Counted from the first letter of the stretch, positions 1 through 10,503 are shown. The stretch is DNA of 64,000 nt from Spirochaetota bacterium (GCA_036848375.1 DAIUKG010000024.1:126-64125), one strand, 5' to 3'. The notes: generated by a model from the letters alone, not told the origin. A program made the numbers and translations.

Positions 1-27
1 ACTAAAACATGAACACTGGAGATTCAG

Positions 28-525
28 ATGAAAGCAATAAAACCTGAAAGCATAGAGGAGAACATCTTCAACCTTATCGCGAAAGACTGGTTCCTGGTGA
101 CCGCCGGAACCGAAAAATCATTCAACACCATGACTGCCGGATGGGGAGGGTTCGGTGTTCTCTGGAACAAAAAGGTGTGCTTCATCTATATACGGTCGAC
201 ACGCTACACCTTCGAGTTCCTTGAAAAAAACGAGACGTTCACGCTCAGTTTTTTCGGCAGCGGGCACCGGAAAATGCTGAACTATTGCGGGAGCCATTCG
301 GGCAGGGAAGTCGACAAGGCAAAGGAGACAGGACTAACGCCTGTTATAACGGAGAACGGATCGGTTTATTTCGGCGAGGCCCGGCTGGTTATTGAATGCA
401 AAAAAATCTACACCCAGGACCTCGATCCGGGCGCTTTTCTTGATCCCGGCATCGAAAAAAACTATCCGCAAAAGGACTACCACCGCCTCTATGTCGGCGA
501 AATCCTTCAATGCCTGGGAGGCTGA
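28..525 (+). CDS. Flavin reductase-like FMN-binding protein
   Basis: 165 aa; WFLVTAG..FNTMTAGWGGFG..FTLSF..CGSHSGREVDK..HRLYVGEI pattern of flavin reductase-like proteins; GGAG RBS upstream. Confidence 0.8.
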   Translation: MKAIKPESIEENIFNLIAKDWFLVTAGTEKSFNTMTAGWGGFGVLWNKKVCFIYIRSTRYTFEFLEKNETFTLSFFGSGHRKMLNYCGSHSGREVDKAKETGLTPVITENGSVYFGEARLVIECKKIYTQDLDPGAFLDPGIEKNYPQKDYHRLYVGEILQCLGG

Positions 526-569
526 ATTCTCACGCTAAAGTTTAATCCGGGACAGGGCCGGAGCGCTTA

Positions 570-2255
570 TCAGGGGACATGCTCAAAAGCGCCGGGGTCA
601 ACTGTCGAACCATAAGGCCGGGCGTTTCCGTCGCAATCGAAAAGCGGGGCCAGGGACGAGGTGCCGCTGTCGATTATGGTCGCGGCGTCGCTTCTCAGGT
701 GGAAATCAAAGTTGTCAGGGTCAACAAAATAATCGGCGTAGGTTTCCGGATCGGTTATCTGAAGATTGTGGTCCTGGATCGTGTCGTATACATAGCTCAG
801 GTTCCAGCATATGTTATTGCGGATCAGGCATTCCGAGCTCTTTGTGCCGTCCTTGTGCGCGGTGATCCTTATCCATATACTGTGCACCTGGTCCTGTACC
901 GGATACGGGTTAAGCACCGTGTTGTTGACGACCCTGCACTTCAGGGCCCCGTACAGGGAAATGCCGTGCCAGTGGTCCACGATGACCAGGTTGTTCTCGA
1001 TGATCCAGTTGATGTACCATCCGTCAAAACAGCCGATTCCCTGAAGCGTGCCTTTCAGCGGCTGACCGGGGTCCTCGTAGTTGATGATCGTGTTCCCGCG
1101 CAGCACCACCCGCTCCCAGGGAGGAGCGCCGTTCACTGAAAACGACTGGAACCCGTCGTCGTGGTTCCCGTTTTTGGAATCGATGCAGTTCTTGACCATA
1201 TTGCCTTCAAACGTCAGGTCATGAGCATTGCCGCGCATGCCGTCCCCGTCAAATGTATCGACGGTGTTGTCCTTCACCACGGTCCTGTTGCCGTCTACCG
1301 TGATGCCGAAATTCACGTTTTTCAGGTAATTGTTCCGGATCAGAACGTCCTCGGCCCCTGACATGATGCCGTTGCAGTCACGAGCGATCCAGTCGGCTTC
1401 GCTCCATGACGAGGCGTCATCGATCGAAGAAAGAGTGCAATCCTCGACAATGATGTCATGCGCGGGGCCTCCCCAGTTGCCGGGCTCAATGTACACCAGG
1501 GTGACCTGCGCGGGAGTCACTCCGGTCAGAGACTCTTCCTGGGTAATGGTGAGGCCGCGCAGCCTCCATCTCGACACCGACGTCATTTCGATGTTCGAGA
1601 GCACCGGTTTCTGGCCGTCATCGGCCTCTACGGTGATAAAGCGGTCGTTGTATCCACCGTGAAGCTCCATGATCCCGTGGTAACCGCTTCTGAGGCGGAT
1701 GACATCCCCCCCCTTGACCGGAGCCCCGGGGTTGACCGTTCCCATTTCACCCCCGCCCGATCCTGCCGGATGATCAACATAGTTTTTCATCTCGATAAGG
1801 CCGTTTTCAAACACCTCCTGAAGCGTGCTCCAGGGATGGTCGGACGAGCCGTCATTGCCCATGCTTCCCGTGGCAGGGTCCACGTAAAAGGTGCTCCCCC
1901 CCGGGTTTGTGGTCACCCTGACCGTGTTGGTGCATGCGCTCTCGCCTTCCTCGCCGCTGATGCACACCTGGTACTCTGCGGTCTGCTCCGGGTCAAGGCC
2001 CGCATCCGAATAATAATAATCGCCGGTTCTCGCCAGTTCAAAACCGTCGCGGCTCACCACAAATGATCTGGTCGTGGTCAGGTCGGTTGGCATGCACCAG
2101 GTAATACGAATTTCGGATGAGGAGAGCGCCTCCCCCCTGAGAGAAGAAGGAAACGGATTGTCATCCTCGACGTGAACCATGGGACAGTCGCATCCGGCGA
2201 GCACAAACGCCGCGGCGTAAAGCATCAGCACAAGGGACCTGGGCAAGGCGCGCAT
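570..2255 (-). CDS. Secreted lipoprotein: FN3-like domain + right-handed parallel beta-helix + choice-of-anchor-Q-like C-terminus
   Basis: Start moved to ATG 2255 (GGAGG RBS); lipobox FVLAGC; FN3-like segment (SSSEIRITW..YQV); beta-helix repeats (DVLIRNN, TVVKDNT, WIIENNLV); C-terminal DCDGNARP..VDPGAFE. Confidence 0.7.
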   Translation of the reverse strand: MRALPRSLVLMLYAAAFVLAGCDCPMVHVEDDNPFPSSLRGEALSSSEIRITWCMPTDLTTTRSFVVSRDGFELARTGDYYYSDAGLDPEQTAEYQVCISGEEGESACTNTVRVTTNPGGSTFYVDPATGSMGNDGSSDHPWSTLQEVFENGLIEMKNYVDHPAGSGGGEMGTVNPGAPVKGGDVIRLRSGYHGIMELHGGYNDRFITVEADDGQKPVLSNIEMTSVSRWRLRGLTITQEESLTGVTPAQVTLVYIEPGNWGGPAHDIIVEDCTLSSIDDASSWSEADWIARDCNGIMSGAEDVLIRNNYLKNVNFGITVDGNRTVVKDNTVDTFDGDGMRGNAHDLTFEGNMVKNCIDSKNGNHDDGFQSFSVNGAPPWERVVLRGNTIINYEDPGQPLKGTLQGIGCFDGWYINWIIENNLVIVDHWHGISLYGALKCRVVNNTVLNPYPVQDQVHSIWIRITAHKDGTKSSECLIRNNICWNLSYVYDTIQDHNLQITDPETYADYFVDPDNFDFHLRSDAATIIDSGTSSLAPLFDCDGNARPYGSTVDPGAFEHVP

Positions 2256-2395
2256 GGCATCCTCCTCTGCGGGCATCGGATGAATATAGGGACGGTAACG
2301 CGCTCGGTCAAGCCATTAATCAGCGATTATATTTTCCTTGAAAAAATTATATCGCCGCCTTATCCTATCCGGATTTCATCTCCCCGGAGGGCGCC

Positions 2396-3793
2396 ATGAA
2401 AAAACTGCTGTTACTGCTTTTTCCCCTGCTCCTGCAGTGCACCACCAATGACTGGAACGAGGAGAAACCGTACATCCCCTCACCTCCCGACTCGGCCGCG
2501 CTGGTGCTCACCAGTCATGGAATTTCATGGTACTTTGACCAGGAATACGAGCACGGCACGTTCGCCAACGGCGACCACTGGGTAGCCGGGGCCGTGCAGG
2601 TCATATTCATCGATCCGCCCTCATACACGTTTAAAGGCCGGACCCGGAACGGCTCCATGATAAACCCGTCTCCCACGCTGGGAACGACCCAGGGCTATGA
2701 CAGCAGCATGTATGGAGGCTACGCCTCGGATGACGATTACAGCGAAAGCCTGAACGTTTCGCTCGGAGTCTCTCCCGAATCGCCGCTGCAGCTTGCCCCG
2801 AATTCGTCCCTGGTCTCCGCAGTCAGCGTTGACGAAACGGGCGCCCGGCCGCAGCTTAAAACCGCGGCAATACTGACCGTGCTTGAAACAGCGCCCGCGC
2901 AGAACGATTTCTTCCGCCCTCCCTACTGCGGCACAGACAAAACACCTCTGTACCGGACCTCATCGCTTCTCACCGAAGAGCTCGCCGGACTGGCCCCGCC
3001 GGATGAAGGCGCGCCGGAGATCAGCGACGTGGCGGGCCTTTTCGAGCGGCCCTGGATCGACCACGTGCCCAACTGGATGGGGCGCTGCATCCACCCCTCG
3101 GACAACATGCCCGATTACGGAAGGGAAATAGCGACCGAAGTAAGCATCGGCGCGCTCATGCTGCACCTGAACATCCCCCTTGAAGACAAGATGGCCCTGC
3201 TGGTCCGCTATGTGCAGCTCGGCATCGACCTGTACGGCGTCATCGAGGACGGAGGCGAAGAAAACTGGGTGCCCAACGGCGGCCACGCGAGCGGCAGGAA
3301 ATGGCCCATACTCTTCGCGGGGATCATGCTCGACGATGCCGGGATGCGAAACATCGGACAGGGGGGCGCCGGGTTCGGCGAGGACGGCCAGACCTTTTAC
3401 GTTTCCCAGGCCGAGGTCGACATCACGCAGAACAGTGACGCGTGGGATCCTGACGAGCGGGCGGAAGAGTTCGCCCCCTACGAAGCGGCCGATATCGGGC
3501 TTCCCGAATGGGGCATTGTCCACTCCCTCAGGCCCGAGGCCGACAACAGGGGATGGATCACGCCGTACCGGCAGTGCTGCACCGCCTATTCCTGGGCCGG
3601 GTTCGTGCTCGCGGCGCACATCATGGACGCGGTCGGCCTGTGGAACCACGACGCCCTGTTCGACTACCAGGACCGGTACATGCAGGTAAGCTCGTCGGCC
3701 GGGGCGTATCCGGGATGGCGCTGCACGTCAGATTTCGTGGAGAACATGTGGGACCTGTACCGCGCCGGGTACGGGACGGTGTGGAGCGAGTAG
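2396..3793 (+). CDS. Hypothetical secreted lipoprotein, possibly carbohydrate-active
   Basis: 465 aa; GGAGG RBS; signal MKKLLLLLFPLLLQC; Trp/Tyr/His-rich; no family assigned with confidence. Confidence 0.6.
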   Translation: MKKLLLLLFPLLLQCTTNDWNEEKPYIPSPPDSAALVLTSHGISWYFDQEYEHGTFANGDHWVAGAVQVIFIDPPSYTFKGRTRNGSMINPSPTLGTTQGYDSSMYGGYASDDDYSESLNVSLGVSPESPLQLAPNSSLVSAVSVDETGARPQLKTAAILTVLETAPAQNDFFRPPYCGTDKTPLYRTSSLLTEELAGLAPPDEGAPEISDVAGLFERPWIDHVPNWMGRCIHPSDNMPDYGREIATEVSIGALMLHLNIPLEDKMALLVRYVQLGIDLYGVIEDGGEENWVPNGGHASGRKWPILFAGIMLDDAGMRNIGQGGAGFGEDGQTFYVSQAEVDITQNSDAWDPDERAEEFAPYEAADIGLPEWGIVHSLRPEADNRGWITPYRQCCTAYSWAGFVLAAHIMDAVGLWNHDALFDYQDRYMQVSSSAGAYPGWRCTSDFVENMWDLYRAGYGTVWSE

Positions 3794-3796
3794 GAG

Positions 3797-4579
3797 CTAC
3801 TTCCTGAGCCGGTCGAAGTTCTCGTACACCGCCTTTTCAAGCCGCGACATCGATTCGCCGCGGAGATCGGCGATAAACTGGTAGGTGTAGTGCACGTTGT
3901 GGGGACGGTTCTGCCTGCCGCGCATCGGGACCGGCGTCAGGAACGGGGAATCGGTCTCGACAAGGAGCCGGTCAAGAGGCACATAACGCGCCGAATCCTG
4001 AAGATTCTGGGCCTTCGGATAGGTGACATTGCCGGCGAAGGAGATATAAAATCCCATGTCAAGAAAGGATTTCGCGTCATGGGGGGTTCCCGAAAAGCAG
4101 TGGATGATCCCGCGGCCGGGCTTTTTGCGCCACAGCAGATTTATCGTTTCATCCATGGCGTTTCGCGAGTGAACAATCACCGGAAGATAGTACCTGAGCG
4201 CCAGATCAATCTGAAACTCAAATGAGCGAAACTGCGTCTCCCCGGACTGCCGCATGCGGTAAAAATCAAGCCCGCATTCACCGATCCCGAATAAAAGATG
4301 GGCGTCTTTTCCTGACATTACCTCGGTCGTAAAATTTTCAAGGGTGCGCAGCTCATCGTCCCCCGCATCTGACGAGGGATGGATCCCCAGGGTGAACAGG
4401 ATCCCCTTTGTGCGGTGCTTCACCGCGAACTCCCGCGACCAGGAAAAGCCGGCAGGATCAATGGAAACCTGTACCGCGTGGGTGACGTGGTGCTCTCCGA
4501 GCGCGGCAATAAGCTCGGATTCTGAAATGTCCCTGTTCTCAAGGGTCAGGTCGAAATGGGCATGGGAATCAACAAGCAT
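3797..4579 (-). CDS. tatD: TatD family hydrolase/DNase
   Basis: Start moved to ATG 4579 (MLVDSHAH); motifs DSHAH, GIHP, IGECGLDF, VHSR, HCFS, LLVETDSPFL. Confidence 0.92.
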   Translation of the reverse strand: MLVDSHAHFDLTLENRDISESELIAALGEHHVTHAVQVSIDPAGFSWSREFAVKHRTKGILFTLGIHPSSDAGDDELRTLENFTTEVMSGKDAHLLFGIGECGLDFYRMRQSGETQFRSFEFQIDLALRYYLPVIVHSRNAMDETINLLWRKKPGRGIIHCFSGTPHDAKSFLDMGFYISFAGNVTYPKAQNLQDSARYVPLDRLLVETDSPFLTPVPMRGRQNRPHNVHYTYQFIADLRGESMSRLEKAVYENFDRLRK

Positions 4580-4734
4580 GGTAAAACCTCTTATTAAACA
4601 TTTTTCCACATAAATGAGGGCCCTTCGGTTTTGCAAGAATAAAAATGCGTGAAATTCTTGACATTTAAACAGGTTTCTTCAATCAGTCATTTAACAGCAA
4701 ACACGTTTAACAGAATAATTCCGTTACAACCAAA

Positions 4735-5472
4735 ATGAAAGCGATAGTTTTAACACTTGCCCTTATGCTCATCGGGATTTTTACCGGGAACAATCAGCCC
4801 GCCGGGGATTATGTCGTGATCCTTCACGGCATTGCCAAAGGCCCCTCCTCGATGAAGCACATGGAGGGCTACCTGGCGCGCAGGGGATTTACCGTCATAA
4901 ACGACGGTTATCCGTCAACCGATTACCCGGTGCAGGTCCTGGCTGAAACATATCTGGCGAAAACCCTGAAGGAATGTCCGCCCAAATCCGGCCGCAAAGT
5001 GCATTTTGTCACCCACTCCCTGGGCAGCGTGGTATTGCGCTATTATTTAAAAGGCCATGTTGTAGAGAACATGGGGCGCGTGGTCATGCTTGCTCCCCCG
5101 GGAAGCGGAAGCTCTGCCGCGGATTTTTACATGGACGTGAGCCTGGTGCGCCTCTTCCTCGGCCCGGCGCTGGAACAGATCGGCACCGGGAAGAAAAGCA
5201 TTATCCCCGCGCTGGGGCCGCTGAATGTCGATACCGGAGTGATCGCGGGGACGTCCACAATCGACCCGTTTACCTCGCTGATCATTCCCGGCGAGGACGA
5301 CGGCAGGGTATCCGTTGAGGAAGCGCGCATCGACAACATGAAGGATTATATTACGGTCAGCGGCAGCCACACGTTCATCATGGACTCGGCTGAAGTCATG
5401 GAACAGACCTGCCATTTTCTGCAAAACGGATCATTCAAAAAAATCACCGGCGAGGACAAGGGAAACAGGTAA
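4735..5472 (+). CDS. Secreted alpha/beta hydrolase (lipase/esterase-like)
   Basis: Signal peptide; VVILHG oxyanion motif; nucleophile elbow HFVTHSLG; DDGRVS and GSHTFI for Asp/His of the triad. Confidence 0.8.
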   Translation: MKAIVLTLALMLIGIFTGNNQPAGDYVVILHGIAKGPSSMKHMEGYLARRGFTVINDGYPSTDYPVQVLAETYLAKTLKECPPKSGRKVHFVTHSLGSVVLRYYLKGHVVENMGRVVMLAPPGSGSSAADFYMDVSLVRLFLGPALEQIGTGKKSIIPALGPLNVDTGVIAGTSTIDPFTSLIIPGEDDGRVSVEEARIDNMKDYITVSGSHTFIMDSAEVMEQTCHFLQNGSFKKITGEDKGNR

Positions 5473-5523
5473 CCGGCTCTCTGGCTGCACAGGCGCCATA
5501 CATTCACCCAATTTTGATTATCT

Positions 5524-7314
5524 ATGAAAGGCAACAGACCACATTCCCCAAAAAGCACCCTGCTTTTATTGTCATCCTTCTTTGCCTTAATTTTCTTCTC
5601 CTGCGTGACCATGCCGCGTAAACCCGCTCGCCTGGAACCGGGAGATTATTCCTATCTTAAAGAGTACCTGTCATGGTACATACCGCGACAGATGGAAAAG
5701 CATGACATTGTCGGGCTCAGCATCGCGCTGGTTGACGGCAATGCAACGCTGTGGGAACAGGGCTTCGGTTTCAGCAACAGGGAATCACAAGTCCCCGCAA
5801 CGGAAAAAACACTGTATAAAGTTGCATCAATCACCAAACTCTTTACCGCAACCGCAATCATGCAGCTCGTTGAGGAAGGAAGGGTGAACCTTGACGCGCC
5901 GGTTACCGATTATATTCCCGAGTTTTCCATAAAATCACGTTTCAAAAAGACAGCAGCGATAACCGTGCGCATGCTGATGACGCACCACTCAGGAATCCCG
6001 TCTGACAAGGGGGAAGGTCTTTTCTCCGAAAATCCCGAGTCCTTTCATTCGGTGCTCGACTATCTCAAAGGACAATACCTGTCCTTCCCCCCGGGCCACA
6101 TGTTCTGCTATTCAAACCTCGGCGTCGCCCTTCTCGGCATCATCATTGAACGGGTGAGTGGCAGCGCATATCATGAATTCGTTAAGGAACGAATACTCGT
6201 CCCTCTTGAAATGAACGACTCGTTTCTGAATCCGGACGAAAAGCAGAAAAAACTCATTGCCGAAGAATATTCATGCGGAGAAAAAGCCCCCAGGCTTAAC
6301 GCGCGGGACGCGCCGTCAATAAGCCTGGTCTCATCAGCAGCAGACCTGAAGCGGTTCATGATGCTGGTGACCGACAACGAAACTGAAAAACAGCGGCCCG
6401 TGTTAAAAAAAGGGACCATTGACGAAATGCTGAAGCAGCAGAACGGGACCAATCCTCTCGATTTCGACAATAAAGTCGGCCTTATCTGGCACATGAGCAG
6501 ACAGAGCCTTGATTACCCCGGAAGGATCGTCATGCACCGCGGCATAGCGCTTCATCACCGAAGCACCATGGTCATCCTCCCTGACGAGAGGATCGGCGTT
6601 GTTATTCTCACGAACTCGGATACCGGGACCGAAGTGGCAAAAGATATCGCTGACCGGGCACTGATGCTCGCGCTTGAAACAAAAAAAGGCTTCAAACCGG
6701 TTAAGAAGAAAAGCTATAAAAAGATACCCCTTGACGATATGAGCAAAAAATTCCTTCCCGGGAGCTACGCAACGCTCAAGGGGCTGGTGAACATCAAACT
6801 GGTCGATTCGGTCCTGTGGGTCGAGATCATGGAAAAGACTTTTAAGATGATCCCGCATGAAGACGGCATGTTCGCGCTGCAGTATGTCTTCCTGGGCTTC
6901 ATTCCCGACAGCATCCGCATAGGCGTAACGTATATCAGGGGACGGAAGGTCCTCGTGCTCGAGCACTTCGGCCAGAAAACCGCAGTTGGCGAAGAATACC
7001 GCCTCAAGCCGTTATCTGAATCGTGGCAGAAGCGCTGCGGGAACTACCGCATCACAAACGGCGACTCCCGATTTCACCTTTTTGACAGCGACCTCAAGCT
7101 CTTTCTGCTGGACGGATCGCTTACCGCAAAAATCAATTCAAACAAGTTCTCAATCGGAAAACTGTTCCTGGTGCTGGACCCGTTGTCTGAAACAGAAGCA
7201 CAGGTCAGGGGCCTGGGGAGAAGCGCGGGCGAAACCTTCTTTGTCAGGAAACCCGGCCCGGACAGCGATGAACTCATTGAATACTCGGGATTTCTCTTCA
7301 AAAAAACAGATTAA
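5524..7314 (+). CDS. Serine hydrolase, beta-lactamase class C/AmpC-like, probable lipoprotein with C-terminal extension
   Basis: SxxK (ASITK), LMTHHSG, YxN (YSN), HRG; lipobox-like FFSC. Confidence 0.85.
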   Translation: MKGNRPHSPKSTLLLLSSFFALIFFSCVTMPRKPARLEPGDYSYLKEYLSWYIPRQMEKHDIVGLSIALVDGNATLWEQGFGFSNRESQVPATEKTLYKVASITKLFTATAIMQLVEEGRVNLDAPVTDYIPEFSIKSRFKKTAAITVRMLMTHHSGIPSDKGEGLFSENPESFHSVLDYLKGQYLSFPPGHMFCYSNLGVALLGIIIERVSGSAYHEFVKERILVPLEMNDSFLNPDEKQKKLIAEEYSCGEKAPRLNARDAPSISLVSSAADLKRFMMLVTDNETEKQRPVLKKGTIDEMLKQQNGTNPLDFDNKVGLIWHMSRQSLDYPGRIVMHRGIALHHRSTMVILPDERIGVVILTNSDTGTEVAKDIADRALMLALETKKGFKPVKKKSYKKIPLDDMSKKFLPGSYATLKGLVNIKLVDSVLWVEIMEKTFKMIPHEDGMFALQYVFLGFIPDSIRIGVTYIRGRKVLVLEHFGQKTAVGEEYRLKPLSESWQKRCGNYRITNGDSRFHLFDSDLKLFLLDGSLTAKINSNKFSIGKLFLVLDPLSETEAQVRGLGRSAGETFFVRKPGPDSDELIEYSGFLFKKTD

Positions 7315-7394
7315 CGAACCGGCCTATAATTCAATTTTTTAATTGAATTATTATTTTCATGATTATAGAATTGCCCGTTCACAAGGAGAGCCCG

Positions 7395-8090
7395 ATGAAA
7401 ATCTTCGCCATATCGGATCTGCACGGGGATTATAAATATCTCTGCTACGCGCAGGAAAAAATAAAGGATGCTGACCTGGTCACCATTTCAGGAGACATCT
7501 CGCGCTCGGGCAAAATAGACAGCGCGCAGAAAATCATCGAATACATTGAAAAACTCAACCGGAACATCCTGGCAGTGCACGGAAACTGGGACAGGGCGGA
7601 AGTTCTGGACCTGCTCGAGGAAAAGGGCTACAGTATTCACGCTTCAGGCAGGGTAATCGGTGAATTCGGCTTTTTCGGGGTCGGAGGGTCAAATCCCACA
7701 CCGATGAAAACATCCTCTGAATACAGTGAAGATGAAATTCTGGACTTTCTGAAACAGGGATTCCAGTCCGTTAAAACAGCGAAAAAAATCATCCTGGTTT
7801 CGCACACCCCTCCCCTGAACACCAGGGACAGGACCTTTCTCGGGCTCAGGGGAGGAAGTCAGGTGATACGGGACTTTATAACAGACCATGGGATTTATCT
7901 GTGCCTGTGCGGGCACATTCATGAGGCCAAGGGTACGGCCCGGCTGAACAGCTGCACCGTGGTTAATCCGGGTTCATTTAAAAAAGGGAAATACAGCATT
8001 GTGACCTTCTCCGGAGAGTTTCCCGTTATGGTCGATCAGGGCAAAATCAAAAGACCGATTCTGCACCGCTTCACGAAAAAAAATAATTAG
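7395..8090 (+). CDS. Metallophosphoesterase (calcineurin-like, Icc-related)
   Basis: Start moved to ATG 7395 (AAGGAG RBS); SDLHG, SGDI, HGNWD, SHTPP, CGHIHE motifs. Confidence 0.88.
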   Translation: MKIFAISDLHGDYKYLCYAQEKIKDADLVTISGDISRSGKIDSAQKIIEYIEKLNRNILAVHGNWDRAEVLDLLEEKGYSIHASGRVIGEFGFFGVGGSNPTPMKTSSEYSEDEILDFLKQGFQSVKTAKKIILVSHTPPLNTRDRTFLGLRGGSQVIRDFITDHGIYLCLCGHIHEAKGTARLNSCTVVNPGSFKKGKYSIVTFSGEFPVMVDQGKIKRPILHRFTKKNN

Positions 8091-8148
8091 GTGCCTGTTC
8101 TCCGAACCATTTAAATCACAACCTGATCCGGCAGCCTTTCAAAGTCTC

Positions 8149-8177
8149 TTGACAAGGAGGCTTATATCTCTCATAAT
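8149..8177 (+). promoter_or_regulatory. Sigma70-type promoter of the HAMP-TSUP operon
   Basis: TTGACA (8149-8154), 17-nt spacer, CATAAT (8172-8177), upstream of ATG 8200. Confidence 0.6.
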
Positions 8178-8199
8178 ATTAAGTCCACAGGGCCAGGAC

Positions 8200-8976
8200 A
8201 TGATACTGCTCAATAAAAAACCGACATCCCGACTAAAGAAGAAACTTCTTCTTTACTTTCTTCTGATTTCAATCGTGTCTATTTCAGTCAGCGCGGAAAT
8301 CATTTTTGAAGTGAGTTCATCAAGGTTTAAAAACTCGATTAAAGATTCCTTTTATTCCCAGTGCGATAAAAAGATTCCCGCAAAAGACCTTGAATCGATA
8401 AAAAACAAAATGGATGATGACGTGCTTTTCTCCGCCATCAACGACCTCCGCAACAGGATGATCCTTCTTCTGCTGGTAATCTCCGCCAGTATCGTGGCAG
8501 CACTCATCCTGTTCACCAGAGACATCGTATCACCCATGGATGACATGGTTGAAGCAACAAAGAAAATCGCGGACGGAGACCTGACCGTGTCGGTACCGGT
8601 CATCAGCAATGACGAGATCGGCCAGATCGGGGACCTGATCAACAGCATGAACGAAAAACTCCTGGACATGATCATACAGGTCAAACAGGACCTGAACCGC
8701 CACAAGGACAAAATGAAAGTCGCGGCCAGCATGATCAACGACCTTATTGGCAGCAAAAGGACGGGGCGCATTATGGAGAATAAAAAAATGCGCCTCAGCG
8801 ATTTCAGAACAATAATCAAAGCGGGCAGGGACATGGTCAACCTGCTTGAAATAATGTCATCCGACCTGACGTCGCTTCAGAACTTTGTCAATATGTACAA
8901 GACCTACACCCTGAAAACGGAACTCTCCCAGGATGAGATTGAAGACGCGATCAAGGACTATGAAACAAGAACATAG
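8200..8976 (+). CDS. Two-TM HAMP-domain protein with no kinase or MCP output domain (copy A)
   Basis: TM1 LLLYFLLISIVSISV; TM2 MILLLLVISASIVAALILF; HAMP SPMDDMVEATKKIADGDLTV..DEIGQIGDLINSM; about 100-aa helical tail; no H-box. Confidence 0.8.
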   Translation: MILLNKKPTSRLKKKLLLYFLLISIVSISVSAEIIFEVSSSRFKNSIKDSFYSQCDKKIPAKDLESIKNKMDDDVLFSAINDLRNRMILLLLVISASIVAALILFTRDIVSPMDDMVEATKKIADGDLTVSVPVISNDEIGQIGDLINSMNEKLLDMIIQVKQDLNRHKDKMKVAASMINDLIGSKRTGRIMENKKMRLSDFRTIIKAGRDMVNLLEIMSSDLTSLQNFVNMYKTYTLKTELSQDEIEDAIKDYETRT

Positions 8977-8999
8977 AGACGAACCAGAGGCCTGAAAAA

Positions 9000-9776
9000 A
9001 TGAGTTTTGAATACTGGTACATGTTTCCCGTGTCTATCGTTATCGCCATTCTGGCGAATTCATCGGGGTTTTCGGGAGGGGTTCTTTTCCAACCAATATA
9101 CAACCTCCTTCTGCACATTCCCATCCAGAACGCCGTAGCGACAGGGATCGCCACCGAAACCGTGGGCATGACCAGCGGCGCGATCCGGTATATCTGGTAT
9201 AAGATGGTGGAGCTGCCCATAGGCTTCACGATGATCATGCTCGCGATCCCCGGCATCGTTATCGGGAACCACGCGCTTCTTGTTATTAATGGAGACCTGC
9301 TCAAACTCACGCTCGGGGTTATCATCCTGGGAATCGCGACCATGCAACTCGTGAACGCGCTGCGCCACCATTTCGGGACCAGGGAAAACATCCCCATTGA
9401 AGACATTTACGGATACATGTGGGTGCCGCCAATCAGCGGATTTTTCTCGGCGACAACCGGAACAGGGATATGCGAACTGTCACAGCCCGTTCTGGAAAAA
9501 GGCCTGAATATAAAAACCAAACGGGCGAACGCGACCGCAATCCTGATTGAAGCTACCGCCGACTGGATAATAACCATTCTAAACCTCCACGCGGGACTTA
9601 TCATGTGGGAGCTGTGGGTCTTTACCGGGACCGGCGTCATAATAGGCGGTCAAATCGGCCCGTATGTTTCACGTTACCTGCCGGAAAAATTAATAAAAAT
9701 CATCTTCTCAATAGCTATAATTGTAATCGGGATATTTTATGTTTACAAAGGCATAATGTGGATAGTTACTCGATAA
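9000..9776 (+). CDS. TSUP (sulfite exporter TauE/SafE family) permease (copy A)
   Basis: 258 aa, highly hydrophobic; SSGFSGGVLFQP and second-repeat GFFSATTGTG; GGQIGP near C-terminus. Confidence 0.85.
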   Translation: MSFEYWYMFPVSIVIAILANSSGFSGGVLFQPIYNLLLHIPIQNAVATGIATETVGMTSGAIRYIWYKMVELPIGFTMIMLAIPGIVIGNHALLVINGDLLKLTLGVIILGIATMQLVNALRHHFGTRENIPIEDIYGYMWVPPISGFFSATTGTGICELSQPVLEKGLNIKTKRANATAILIEATADWIITILNLHAGLIMWELWVFTGTGVIIGGQIGPYVSRYLPEKLIKIIFSIAIIVIGIFYVYKGIMWIVTR

Positions 9777-9819
9777 TGGGCCCGATCAAAGGCTTCAAAC
9801 AAAAAATACGGATTAAACC

Positions 9820-10470
9820 ATGATAAAGGGCCGCAGCAACAAAGACAAATCAAAAGGCACCAGCCTCAGGAAGAAAATGATTTTCTATTTTCTGTTAATC
9901 GCCATTGCGAATATTTTCGTGGCAGGGGAAATCCTCTGGGAAATAAAAAGCGCCGATTACCGCACGAACGTCGCCCAGGAGGTCACCCTCATAAAAGAAG
10001 GCGCCAAACCGGTCACCCATGTTTATATGATTCTCGACAACCTGTCCCGGAAATTCGTGATCATGATTCTCATTCTCATTGTGGTTTCCGCCGTGGTGCT
10101 CTTTCTCTTTGTATGGCAGATCGCCTCACCGATCCAGTACATGATAAACCAGGCGGAAAAAATGGCCGATGGAGACCTGAGCATCCGTATTGATATTAAA
10201 TCAAAAGATGAAATGGCGGTGCTGGGAAAACTGGTCAATGAACTGTCGATTAACCTTCAGGAAGTGCTGGCCCAGCTTGAACGCATGACCGCAGACATGC
10301 ACCTTGCGATTGAGCTTTTCAAGGAAGACCTCGGGCAGAAGCCGATAAGGCTCTCAACGATTAATCAGAACATCGCGAAAATCGAAAGCCATCTTAAAAA
10401 ACTCGACATACTCAAGGACATGTTTGTCCTTTATACGATTGAAAGTTTCAAAAAAAACATCGACAGCTGA
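9820..10470 (+). CDS. Two-TM HAMP-domain protein with no output domain (copy B)
   Basis: TM1 MIFYFLLIAIANIFV; TM2 FVIMILILIVVSAVVLFLFV; HAMP SPIQYMINQAEKMADGDLSI..DEMAVLGKLVNEL; paralog of 8200-8976. Confidence 0.8.
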   Translation: MIKGRSNKDKSKGTSLRKKMIFYFLLIAIANIFVAGEILWEIKSADYRTNVAQEVTLIKEGAKPVTHVYMILDNLSRKFVIMILILIVVSAVVLFLFVWQIASPIQYMINQAEKMADGDLSIRIDIKSKDEMAVLGKLVNELSINLQEVLAQLERMTADMHLAIELFKEDLGQKPIRLSTINQNIAKIESHLKKLDILKDMFVLYTIESFKKNIDS

Positions 10471-10503
10471 CAAATAAAAAAAGCAATCAGGTTAAACCGA
10501 CAC

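Noticed and set aside
579-3807. Many 60-230 aa alternative-frame ORFs overlapping the two GC-rich lipoprotein genes, and similar ones across 18-29 kb
   Set aside because: Shadow ORFs expected in high-GC coding DNA; no RBS, motif or family signal, and fully nested in better-supported genes.
4658-4690. TTGACA upstream of the lipase gene
   Set aside because: No acceptable -10 hexamer at 16-18 nt spacing.
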